Part shown: positions 1 through 13,939 of the stretch, piece by piece
How positions within the stretch are numbered: the first letter of the stretch is position 1
Layout: each line of letters starts with the position of its first letter
Assembly (NCBI RefSeq): GCF_009914755.1
Contig: NC_060933.1
Length of the DNA: 64,000 bases
From: the human T2T-CHM13v2.0 reference genome, Homo sapiens
Reading direction: 5' to 3' (one strand)
Notes under the pieces: model-generated
What the model was told of the DNA's origin: nothing
Database searches by the model: none
The model's input: only the letters and a program-made list of their open reading frames with translations
Position numbers and translations under genes: made by a program

Positions 1-1959
1 TCATTACATTCCATTCCATTTACTTCCATTCCATTCCATTCCATTCCATTCCATTCCATTCTATTCGGGTTAATTCCATTCCATTCCATTCCATTCCATT
101 CCATTCCATTCCATTCCATTGCAATCGAGTTGATTCCATTCCATTCCATTCATTTCCGGATGATTCCATTCCATTGCCTTCAATTCCATTCCATTCCCCT
201 GCAGTCGGGTTGATTCCATTCCATTCCATTCCATTCCATTTCATTCCATTCCATTTCGTTCCATTCCATTCTATTCCGTACCATTCCATTCCATTCCATT
301 CCATTCCATTCCATTCTATTCGGGTTAATTCCATTCCATTCCATTCCATTCCATTCCATTCCATTCCATTCCATTCTATTCTGGTTAATTCCATTCCATT
401 CCATTCCATTCCATTCCATTCCATTCCATTCCATTCCATTCCATTCCATTCCATTGCAATCGAGTTGATTCCATTGCATTCCATTCAATTCCGGATGATT
501 CCATTCCATTGCCTTCAATTCCATTCCATTCCCCTGCACTCGGGTTGATTCCATTCCATTCCACTCCATTCCATTCCATTCCATTCCATTTCATTCCATT
601 CCATTTCTTTCCATTCCATTCTATTCCGTACCATTCCATTCCACTCCATTCCATTCCATTCCATTCCATTCCATTCCATTCCATTCCATGCCATTCCACT
701 CGCGTTGATTCCATTCCCTTCCATTCCATTAGAGTTGAATCCATTCCATTCCATTCCATTCCATTCCATTCCATTCCATTCCATTCCATTGCACACGGGT
801 TCATTCCATTCCATTCCATTCCATTCCCTTCCATTCCATTTCGTTACATTCCATTCTATTCCGTACCATTCCATTCCATTCCATTCCACTCCATTCCATG
901 CCATTCCACTCGGGTATATTCCATTCCTTTTAATTCCATTCGGGTTGAATCCATTCCATTCCATTCCATTCCATTCCATTCCATTACATTGCACTCGGGT
1001 TGATTCCATTCCATTCCATTCCATTACATTTCATTCCATTCCATTCCATTCCATTTCATTCAATTCCATTCCATTCCATGCCATTCCACTCGTGTTGATT
1101 CCATTCCTTTCCATTCCATTACATTCCATTCCATTCCGTTCCATTCCATTCCATTCCATGCCATTCCATTCCATTCCATTCCATTACATTCCATTTCGTT
1201 CCATTCCATTCTATTCCGTACGATTCCATTGCATTCCATTCCATTCCATTCCTTTCCATTCCATTGAAATCGAGTTGATTCCATTCCATTCCGTTCCATT
1301 CCATTCCATTCCATTCCATTCCGGATGATTCCATTCCACTGCATTCCATTCCATTAAATTCCCCTGCACTTGGGGTGATTCCTTTCCATTCTATTCCATT
1401 CCATTCCATTCCATTCCATTCCATTCCATTCCATTTCATTGCAATCGAGTTGATTCCATTGCATTCCATTCCATTCCAGTCCTTTCCATTCCATTCCACT
1501 CGGGTTGATTCCATTCTATTCCTTTCCATTCCATTCGATTCCATTCCATTCCACTCTGGTTGATACCATTCCTTTTCATTCCACTCGAAAACATTCCCTT
1601 CTATTCCACTCGGAATGATTCCATTCCATTCCATTCCATTCCATTCCATTCCATTCCGTTTCGTTCCATTACATTCTATTCCGTACCATTCCACTCCATT
1701 CCATTCCATTCCATTCCATGCCATTCCTCTCGGGTTGATTCCATTCCTTTCCATTCCATTCGGGTTGAATCCATTCCTTTCCATTCCTTTCCATTCCATT
1801 CCATTCCATTGCACTCGGGTTGATTCCATTCCATTCCATTCCATTCCATTGCACACGGGTTCATTCCATTCCATTCCATTCCATTCCGTTCCATTCCATT
1901 CCGTTCCATTCCATTCCATTCCATTCTATTCGGATTAATTCCATTCCATTCCATTCCAT

Positions 1960-4760
1960 TCCATTCTATTCCATTCCATTGCAATCGATTTGAATCCATT
2001 GCATTTCATTCCATTCCATTCCGGAAGATTCCATTCCATTGCATTCCATTCCATTACATTCCCCTGCACTCGCGTTGATTCCATTCCATTCCATTCCATT
2101 CCATTCCATTCCGTTCCGTTCAATTCCATTCCATTCCATTCCATTCCATTCCATTCCATTCCGTTCCGTTCCATTCCATTCCATTCCATTCTATTCGGGT
2201 TAATTCCATTCCATTCCATTCGATTGCAATCGAGTTGATTCCATTCCATTCCATTCCATTCCATTCCATTCCTTTCCATTCCATTACGGATGATTCCATT
2301 CCATTGCATTCCATTCCATTCCATTCCCCTGTACTCGGGTTGATTCCATTCCATTCCATTCCAATCCATGCCATTCCACTCGTGTTGATTCCATTCTTTC
2401 CATTCCATTCAAGTTGAATCCATTCCATTGCATTCCATTCCATTCGATTCCATTCAATTGCACTCGGGTTGATTCCATTACATTGCATTCCATTCCATTC
2501 CATTCCATTCCATTCCATTCCATTCCGTTCCATTCCATTCCATTACATTCGGATTGATTCTATTCAATTCCCTTACACTCCATTACATTCCATTCCATTC
2601 GGGTAGTTTCCATTCCATTCCATTCCATTCCTCTCCATTCCATTGCTCTCGGGTTGATTCCATTCCATTGCATTCCATTCCATTCCATTCAATTCCATTC
2701 CGTTCCATTCCATTCCATTACATTCGGATTGATTCTATTCAACTCCCTTACTCTCCATTACATTCCGTTCCATTCGGGTTGTTCCATTCCATTCCATTCC
2801 ATTCCACTCCATTCCACTGCACTCGGGTTGATTCCATTGCATTCCATTCCATTCCATTCCATTCCGGAAGATTCCATTCCATTGTATTCCATTCCATTCC
2901 ATTCCCCTGCACTCGCGTTGATTCCATTCCATTCCATTCTATTCCATTCCATTCCCTTCCTTTCCGTTCCATTCCATTCCATTCCATTCCATTCCGTTCC
3001 GTTCCGTTCCATTCCATTCCTTTCCATTCTATTTGGGTTAATTCCATTCTATTCCATTCGATTGCAATCGAGTTGATTCTATTCCATTCCATTCCATTCC
3101 ATTCCATTCCATTCCTTTCCATTCCATTACGGATGATTCCATTCCATTGCATTCCATTCCATTCCATTCCCCTGTACTCGGGTTGACTCCATTCCATTCC
3201 ATTCCAATCCATGCCATTCCACTCGTGTTGATTCCATTCTTTCCATTCCATTCAAGTTGAATCCATTCCATTGCATTCCATTCCATTCCATTCCCCTGCA
3301 GTCTGGTTGATTCCATTCCATTCCATTCCATTCCATTCCATTCCATTCCATTCCATTCCGTTCCGTTCCTTTCCATTCAATTCCATTCCATTCTATTCGG
3401 GTTAATTCCATTCCATTCCATTCCATTCCATTCCATTCCATTCCATTCCATTCCAATCGAGTTGATTCCATTCCATTCCATTCCATTCCATTCCACTCCA
3501 TTCCAGTCCTTTCCATTCCATTCCACTCGGGTTGATTCCAATGTATTCCTTTCCATTCCATTCCATTCCATTGCAATCGAGTTGATTCCATTGCTTTGCA
3601 TTCCATTCCATTCCATTCCATTCCGGATGACTCCATTCCATTGCATTCCATTCCATTGCATTCCCCTGCACTCGGGTTGATTCCATTCCATTCCACTCCA
3701 TTCGGTTGCATTCCATTCCATTCCATTGTATTCGGGTTAATTCCATTCCATTCCATTCCATTCCATTCCATTCCATTCCATTACAATCGAGTTGATTCCA
3801 TTCCATTCCATTCCATTCCATTCCAGTCCTTTCCATTCCATTCCACTCGGGTTGATTCCATTCTATTAGTTTCCATTCCATTCCATTCCCTTCCATTCCA
3901 CTCTGGTTGATTCCATTCCTTTCCATTCCACTCGAATACATTCCCTCCTATTCCACTTGGAACGATTCCATTCCATTCCATTCCATTCCATTCCATTCCA
4001 TTCCATTCCATTTCCTTCCATTCCATTCTATTCCGTACCATTCCATTCCATTCCATTCCATTCTATTTGGGTTAATTCCATTGCATTCCATTCGATTGCA
4101 ATCGAGTTGATTCCATTCCATTCCATTCCATTCCATTCCATTCCATTCCATTCCATTCCATTCCTTTCCATTACATTACGGATGATTCCATTCCATTGCA
4201 TTCCATTCCATTCCATTCCCCTGTACTCGGGTTGATTCCATTCCATTCCATTCCAATCCATGCCATTCCATTCGTATTGATTCCATTCTTTCCATTCCAT
4301 TCAAGTTGAATCCATTCCATTGCATTCCATTACTTTCGATTCCATTCGATTGCACTCGGGTTGATTCCATTCCATTGTATTCCATTCCATTCCATTCCAT
4401 TCCATTCCGTTCCATTCCATTCCATTACATTCGGATTGATTCTATTCAATTCCCTTACACTCCATTTCATTCCATTCCATTCGGGTAGTTTCCATTCCAT
4501 TCCTCTCCATTCCATTGCACTCGGGTTGATTCCATTCCATTGCATTCCATTCCATACCATTCAATTCCATTCCGTTCCATTCCATTCCATTACATTCGGA
4601 TTGATTCTATTCAACTCCCTTACTCTCCATTACATTCGATTCTATTCGGGTTGTTCCATTCCCTTCCATTCCATTCCATTCCACTCCATTCCATTGCACT
4701 CGGGTTGATTCCATTCCATTCCATTCCATTCCAGAAGATTCCATTCCATTGCATTCCATT
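1960..4760 (+). repeat. Subtype B island within the left arm
   Basis: caagttgaatcc in B context at 2410, 3253 and 4302; attcc(g/a)gaagattcc at 2018, 2861 and 4728; aactcccttactctcc near 2741 and 4613. Boundaries approximate. Confidence 0.75.
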
Positions 4761-6609
4761 ACATTCCATTCCCCTGCACTCGCTTTGATTCCATTCCATT
4801 CCATTCCATTCCATTGCATTCCATTGCATTCCATTGCATTCCATTCCCCTGCACTCAGGTTGATTCCATTCCATTCCATTCCATTCCATTCCATTCCATT
4901 CCATTCCATTCCATTCTATTCGCGTTAATTCCATTCCACTCCATTCCATTACATTCCATTGCAATCGACTTGATTCCATTCCATTCCATTCCATTCCATT
5001 CAAATCCTTTCCATTCCATTCCACTCGTGTTGATTCCATTTTATTAGTTTCCATTCCATTCCATTCCCTTCCATTCCACTCTGGTTGATTCCATTCCTTT
5101 CCATTCCACTCGAATTCATTCCCTTCTATTCCACTCGGAATGATTCCATTCCATTCCGTTCCATTCCATTCCATTCCATTCCATTTCGTTCCATTCCATT
5201 TTATTCCGTACCATTCCATTCCATTCCATTCCATTCCATTACATTCCATTCCATTCCATTCCATGCCATTCCACTCGGGTTGATTCCATTGCTTTCCATT
5301 CCATTTGGGTTGAATCCATTCCATTCCATTCCATTCCATTCCATTAAATTCCATTCCATTCCATTCAATTGCACTAGGTTTGACTCCATTCCACTGCATT
5401 CCATTCCATTCCATTCCATTCCATTCCATTCCGTTGCACTCGGGTTCATTCCATTCCATTCCATTTACTTCCATTCCATTCCATTCCATTCCATTCCATG
5501 CCATTCCACTCGCGTTGATTCCATTCCCTTCCATTCCATTAGAGTTGAATCCATTCCATTCCATTCCATTCCATTCCATTCCATTGCACACGGGTTCATT
5601 CCATTCCATTCCATTCCATTCCCTTATATTCCATTTCGTTACATTCCATTCTATTCCGTACCATTCCATTCCATTCCATTCCATTCCATTCCACTCCATT
5701 CCATGCCATTCCACTCGGGTATATTCCATTCCTTTTAATTCCATTCGGGTTGAATCCATTCCATTCCATTCCATTCCATTCTATTCCATTACATTGCACT
5801 CGGGTTGATTCCATTCCATTCCATTCCATTCCATTTCATTCCATTCCATTCCATTCCATTTCATTCTATTCCATTCCATTCCATGCCATTCCACTCGTGT
5901 TGATTCCATTCCTTTCCATTCCATTACATTTCATTCCATTCCATTCCATTCCATTTCATTCAATTCCATTCCATTCCATGCCATTCCACTCGTGTTGATT
6001 CCATTCCTTTCCATTCCATTCGAGTTGAACCCATTCCATTCCATTCCATTCCATTCCATTCCATTCCGTTCCATTCCATTGTACGCGGGTTCATTCCATT
6101 CCATTCCGTTCCATTCCATTCCATTCCATTCCATTCCATTCCATTACATTCCATTTCGTTCCATTCCATTCTATTCCATACGATTCCATTGCATTCCATT
6201 CCATTCCATTCCTTTCCATTCCATTGAAATCGACTTGATTCCATTCCATTCTGTTCCATTCCATTCCATTCCATTCCATTCCGGATGATTCCATTCCACT
6301 GCATTTCATTCCATTAAATTCCCCTGCACTTGGGGTGATTCCTTTCCATTCCATTCCATTCCATTCCATTCCATTCCATTCCATTCCATTCCATTTCATT
6401 GCAATCGAGTTGATTCCATTGCATTCCATTCCATTCCATTCCAGTCCTTTCCATTCCATTCCACTCGGGTTGATTCCATTCTATTCCTTTCCATTCCATT
6501 CGATTCCATTCCATTCCACTCTGGTTGATACCATTCCTTTTCATTCCACTCGAAAACATTCCCTTCTATTCCACTCGGAATGATTCCATTCCATTCCATT
6601 CCATTCCAT

Positions 6610-8030
6610 TCCGTTTCGTTCCATTACATTCTATTCCGTACCATTCCACTCCATTCCATTCCATTCCATTCCATGCCATTCCTCTCGGGTTGATTCCATT
6701 CCTTTCCATTCCATTCGGGTTGAATGCATTCCATTCCATTCCTTTCCATTCCATTCCATTCCATTGCACTCGGGTTGATTCCATTCCATTCCATTCCGTT
6801 CCATTCCGGATGACTCCATTCCATTGCATTCCATTCCATTCCATTCCCCTGCACTCGGTTTCATTACATTCCATTCCATTCACTTCCATTCCATTCCATT
6901 CCATTCCATTCCATTCCATTCCATTTCAATCGAGTTGATTCCATTCCATTCCATTCCATTACATTCAATTCCGAATGATTTCATTCCATTGCCTTCCATT
7001 CCATTCCATTCCCCTGCACTCGGGTTGATTTCATTCCATTCCATTCCATTCCATTCCATTCCATTCCATTTCGTTCCATTCCATTCTATTCCGTACCATT
7101 CCATTCCATTCCATTCCATTCCATTCCATTCCATTTCCTTCCATTCCATTCCATTCCATTCCATTCCATTCAATTCCATTTCCTTCCATTCCATTCCATT
7201 CCATTCCATTCCATTCCATTCCATTCCATTCCATTCTATTAGGGTTAATTCCATTCCATTCCATTCCATTCCATTCCATTCCATGCCATTCCACTCGGGT
7301 TAATTCCATTCCTTTCCATTCCATTCGAGTTGAATCCATTCCATTCCATTTCGTTCCATTACATTCTATTCTGTACCATTCCACTCCATTCCATTCCATT
7401 CCATTCCATGCCATTCCTCTCGGGTTGATTCCATTCCTTTCCATTCCATTCGGGTTGAGTCCATTCCATTCCATTCCTTTCCATTCCATTCCATTCCATT
7501 GCACTCGGGTTGATTCCATTCCATTCCATTCCGTTCCATTCCGGATGACTCCATTCCATTGCATTCCATTCCATTCCATTCCCCTGCACTCGGTTTCATT
7601 ACATTCCATTCCATTCACTTCCATTCCATTCCATTCCATTCCATTCCATTCCATTCCATTCCATTCCATTTCAATCGAGTTGATTCCATTCCATTCCATT
7701 CCATTCCATTCAATTCCGAATGATGTCATTCCATTGCCTTCCATTCCATTCCATTCCCCTGCACTCGGGTTGATTCCATTCCATTCCATTCCATTCCATT
7801 CCATTCCATTCCATTCCATTTCGTTCCATTCCATTCTATTCCGTACCATTCCATTCCATTCCATTCCATTCCATTCCATTCCATTCCATTTCCTTCCATT
7901 CCATTCCATTCCATTCCATTCCATTCCATTCCATTCCATTCTATTAGGGTTAATTCCATTCCATTCCATTCCATTCCATTCCATGCCATTCCACTCGGGT
8001 TGATTCCATTCCTTTCCATTCCATTCAAGT
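6610..8030 (+). repeat. ~735 bp tandem duplication (2 copies)
   Basis: Rare variants repeat at +735: cctctcgggt at 6681/7416; gcactcggtttcattac at 6851/7586. Confidence 0.8.
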
Positions 8031-8949
8031 TGAATCCATTCCATTCCATTCCATTCCATTCCATTCCATTTCACACGGGTTCATTTCATTCCATTCCATT
8101 CCATTCCATTTCGTTCCATTCCATTCTATTCCATACCATTCCATTCCATTCCATTCCATTAGACTCCATTCCATGCCATTCCACTCGGTTTTATTCCATT
8201 CGTTTCCATTCCATTCGGGTTGAATCCATTGCATTCCATTCCATTCGATTCCATTACATTGCACTCGTGTTGTTTCCATTCCATTCCATTCCATTCCATT
8301 CCATTCCATTCCATGCCATTCCACTAGGTTTGATTTCATTCCATTCCGTTCCATTCGAGTCGAACCCATTCCATTCCATTCCATTCCATTCCATTCCATT
8401 CCAATCCATTGCACACGGGTTCATTCCATTCCATTCCATTCCATTCCATTCCATTCCATTCCATTCCATTCCATTTCGTTCCATTCCATTCTATTCGGTA
8501 CCATTCCATTCTATTCCATTCGGTACCATTCCATTCCATTCCATTCCAATCCATTCCATTCCATGCCATTCCACTTGGGTTGATTCCCTTCCTTTCCATT
8601 CCATTCGGGTTGAATCCATTCCATTCCATTCCATTCCATTCCATTCCATTCCATTCCATTCCATTCCATTTCTTTCAATTCCATTGCACACGGGTTGGTT
8701 CCATTCCATTCCTTTCCGTTCCATTCCGGATGACTCCATTCCATTGCATTCCATTCCATTCCATTCCCCTGCACTCGGGTTCATTACCTTCCATTCCATT
8801 TACTTCCATTCCATTCCATTCCATTCTATTCGGGTTAACTCCATTCCATTCCGTTCCATTCCATTCCATTCCATTCCATTCCATTCCATTCCATTGCAAT
8901 CGAGTTGATTCCATTCCATTCCATTCAATTCCGGATGATTCCATTCCAT

Positions 8950-11440
8950 TGCCTTCAATTCCATTCCATTCCCCTGCACTCGGGTTGATTCCATTCCATT
9001 CCATTCCATTCCATTCCATTCCATTCCATTCCATTCCATTTCATTCCATTCCATTTCGTTCCTTTCCATTCTATTCCGTACCATTCCATTCCATTCCATT
9101 CCATTCCATTCCATTCCATGCCATTCCACTCGGGTTGATTCCATTCCTTTCCATTCCATTCGAGTTGAATCCATTCCAATCCATTCCATTCCATTCGATT
9201 CCATTCCATTGCACACGGGTTCATTCCATTCCATTCCATTCCATTCCATTCCATTCCATTCCATTCCATTTCGTTCCATTCCATTCTATTCCGTACCATT
9301 CCATTCCATTCCATTCCATTCCATTCCACTCCACTCCATGCCATTCCACTCGGGTTTATTCCATTCCTTTCCATTCCATTCGGGTTGAATCCATTCCATT
9401 CCATTCCATTCCATTCGATTCCATTACATTGCACTCGGGTTGATTCCATTCCATTCCATTCCATTCCATTCCACTCCATTCCATGCCATTCCACGCGGGT
9501 TTATTCCATTCCTTTCCATTCCATTCGTGTTGAATCCATTCCATTCCATTCCATTCCATTCCATTCCATTACACTGCACTCAGGTTGATTCCATTCCATT
9601 CCATTCCATTCCATTTCATTCCATTCCATTCCATTCCATTCCATTCCATTCCATTCCATTCCATGCCATTCCACTCGTTTTGATTCCATTCCTTTGCATT
9701 CCATTAGTGTTGAACCAATTCCATTCCATTCCATTCCATTGCACACGGGTTCATTCCATTCCATTCCATTCCATTCCATTGCATTCCGTTCCATTCCATT
9801 CCATTCCATTCCATTCCATTTCATTCCGTTCCATTCTATTCTGTACCATTCCATTCCATTCCATTCCACTCCATTCCATGCCATTCCACTCGGGTTTTTT
9901 CCATTCCTTTTCATTCCATTTGGGTTGAATCCATTCCATTCCATTCCATTCCTTTCAATTCCATTATATTGCACACGGGTTGATTCCATTCCATTCCATT
10001 CCGTTCCATTCAGGATGACTCCATTCCCTTGCATTCCATTCCATTCCATTCCCCTGCACTCGGGTTCATTACATTCCATTCCATTCCCATCCACTCCATT
10101 CCATTCCATTCCATTCCATTTCAATCGAGTTGATTCCATTCCATTCCATTCCATTCCATTCAATTCCGGATGATTCCATTCCATTGCCTTCCATTCCACT
10201 CCATTCCCCTGCACTCGGGTTGATTCCATTCCATTCCATTCCATTCCATTCCATTCCATTCCATTCCATTCCATTTCGTTCCTTTCCATTCTATTCCGTA
10301 CCATTCCATTCCATTCCATTCCATTCCATTCCATTCCATGCCATTCCACTCGGGTTGATTCCATTCCTTTCCATTCCATTCGAGTTGAATCCATTCCAAT
10401 CCATTCCATTCCATTCGATTCCATTCCATTGCACACGGGTTCATTCCATTCCATTCCATTCCATTCCATTCCATTCCATTCCATTCCATTTCGTTCCATT
10501 CCATTCTATTCCGTACCATTCCATTCCATTCCATTCCATTCCATTCCACTCCACTCCATGCCATTCCACTCGGGTTTATTCCATTCCTTTCCATTCCATT
10601 CGGGTTGAATCCATTCCATTCCATTCCATTCCATTCGATTCCATTACATTGCACTCGGGTTGATTCCATTCCATTCCATTCCATTCCATTCCACTCCATT
10701 CCATGCCATTCCACGCGGGTTTATTCCATTCCTTTCCATTCCATTCGTGTTGAATCCATTCCATTCCATTCCATTCCATTCCATTCCATTACACTGCACT
10801 CAGGTTGATTCCATTCCATTCCATTCCATTCCATTTCATTCCATTCCATTCCATTCCATTCCATTCCATTCCATTCCATGCCATTCCACTCGTTTTGATT
10901 CCATTCCTTTGCATTCCATTAGTGTTGAACCAATTCCATTCCATTCCATTCCATTGCACACGGGTTCATTCCATTCCATTCCATTCCATTCCATTGCATT
11001 GCGTTCCATTCCATTCCATTCCATTCCATTCCATTCCATTTCATTCCGTTCCATTCTATTCTGTACCATTCCATTCCATTCCATTCCACTCCATTCCATG
11101 CCATTCCACTCGGGTTTATTCCATTCCTTTTCATTCCATTTGGGTTGAATCCATTCCATTCCATTCCATTCCTTTCAATTCCATTATATTGCACACGGGT
11201 TGATTCCATTCCATTCCATTCCGTTCCATTCAGGATGACTCCATTCCATTGCATTCCATTCCATTCCATTCCCCTGCACTCGGGTTCATTACATTCCATT
11301 CCATTCCCATCCACTCCATTCCATTCCATTCCATTCCATTTCAATCGAGTTGATTCCATTCCATTCCATTCCATTCCATTCAATTCCGGATGATTCCATT
11401 CCATTGCCTTCCATTCCACTCCATTCCCCTGCACTCGGGT
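8950..11440 (+). repeat. ~1220 bp near-identical tandem duplication (2 copies)
   Basis: Rare variants repeat at +1220: cctttccattctattccgta at 9061/10281; ccacgcgggt at 9491/10711; caggatgact at 10011/11231. Confidence 0.9.
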
Positions 11441-13939
11441 TGATTCCATTCCATTCCATTCCATTTCGTTCCATTCCACTCTATTCCGTACCATTCCATT
11501 CCATTCCTTTCCATTCCAATCCATGCTATTCCACTCGGGTTGATTCCATTCCTTTCCATTCCATTCGAGTTGAATCCATTCCATTCCATTCCATTCCATT
11601 CGATTGCATTCCATTGCACACGGGTTCATTCTATTCCATTCCATTCCATTCCATTCCATTCCATTTAGTTCCATTCCATTCTATTCCTTACCATTCCATT
11701 CCATTCCATTCCATTCCACTCCATTCCATGCTATTCCTCTCGGGTTTATTCCATTCCTTTCCATTCCATTCGGATTGAATCCATTCCTATCCATTCAATT
11801 CCATTCCACTCGATTCCATTACATTGCACTCGTGTTGTTTCCATTCCATTCCATTCCATTCCATTTCATTCTATTCCATTCCTTTCCATTCCATTCCATT
11901 CCATTCCATTCCATGCCATTCCACTCGGGTTGATTCCATTCCTTTCCATTCCATTCGAGTTGAAACCATTCCATTCCATTCCATTCCATTCCATTCCATT
12001 CCATTCCAATCCATTGCACACGGGTCCATTCCATTCCATTCCATTCCATTCCATTCCATTCCATTTCGTTCCATTCCATTCTATTCCGTACCATTCCATT
12101 CCATTCCATTCCATTCCTTTCCATTCCATTCGGGTTGAATCCATTCCTTTCCATTCCATTCCGTTCAATTCCATTCCATTGAACTCGGGTTGATTCCATT
12201 CCATTCCATGCCATTCCATTTCATTCCGTTCCATTCCATTCCATTACATTCGGATTGATTCTTTTCAATTCCTTTACACTCCATTACATTCCATTCCATT
12301 CGGGTAGTTTCCGTTCCATTCCATTCCATTCCACTCCATTGCATTGCACTCGGGTTGATTGATTCCATTCCATTGCATTCCATTCCATTCCATTCCATTC
12401 CGGATGAATCCATTCCATTGCATTCCATTCCATTCCATTCCCCTGCACTCGGGTTGATTCCATTACATTCCATTCCGTTCCATTCCATTCCATTCCATTC
12501 CATTCTGTTCAGGTTAATTCCATTCCATTCCATTCCATTCCATTCCATTCCATTCCATTCCATTCCATTCCATTGCAATCGAGTTGTTTCCATTGCATTC
12601 CATTCCATTCCATTCCATTGCATTCCATTGCATTCCATTCCCCTGCACTCAGGTTGATTCCATTCCATTCCATTCCATTCCATTCCATTCCATTCCATTC
12701 CATTCCGGATGATTCCATTCCATTGCCTTCCATTCCACTCCATTCCCCTGCACTCCGGTTGATTCCATTCCATTCCATTCCATTCCATTCCATTCCATTC
12801 CATTCCATTCCATTCCATTTCGTTCCATTCCACTCTATTCCGTACCATTCCATTCCATTCCTTTCCATTCCAATCCATGCTATTCCACTCGGGTTGATTC
12901 CATTCCTTTCCATTCCATTCGAGTTGAATCCATTCCATTCCTTTCCGTTCCATTCCATTCCATTCCATTCCATTTCGTTCCATTCCATTCTATTCCGTAC
13001 CATTCCATTCCATTCCATTCCGTTCCATTCCATTCCATGCCATTCCACTCGGGTTGATTCCATTGCTTTCCATTCCATTTGGGTTGAATCAATTCCATTC
13101 CATTCCATTCCATTCCATTCCATTCCATTCCATTCCATTCCATTGCACTAGGTTTGATTCCATTCCACTGCATTCCATTCCATTCCATTCCATTCCGTTC
13201 CATTCCATTCCATTACATTCGGATTGATTGTATTCAATTCCCTTACACTCCATTTCATTCCATTCCATTCGGGTTGTTTCCATACCATTCCATTCCATTC
13301 TATTCCATTTCGTTCCATTCCATTCTATTCGGTACCATTCCATTCCATTCCATTCCATTCCATTCCATGCCATTCCACTTGGGTTGATTCCCTTCCTTTC
13401 CATTCCATTCGGGTTGAATCCATTCCATTCCATTCCATTCCATTCCATTCCATTCCATTCCTTCCATTCCATTCCTTTCTGTTCCAATCCGGATGACTCC
13501 ATTCCATTGCATTCCATTCCATTCCATTCCCCTGCCCTCGGGTTCATTACATTCCATTCCATTTACTTCCATTCCATTCCATTCCATTCAATTCCATTCT
13601 ATTCGGGTTAATTCCATTCCATTCCATTCCATTCCATTCCATTCCATTCCATTCCATTCCATTGCATTCCATTGCATTCCATTGCAATCGAGTTGATTCC
13701 ATTCCATTCCATTCAATTCCGGATGATTCCATTCCATTGCCTTCAATTCCATTCCATTCCCCTGCAGTCGGGTTGATTCCATTCCATTCCATTCCATTCC
13801 ATTCCATTTCATTCCATTCCATTTGGTTCCATTCCATTCTATTCCGTACCATTCCATTCCATTCCATTCCATTCCATTCCATTCTATTCGGGTTGATTCC
13901 ATTCCATTCCATGCCATTCCATTTCATTCCATTCCATTC

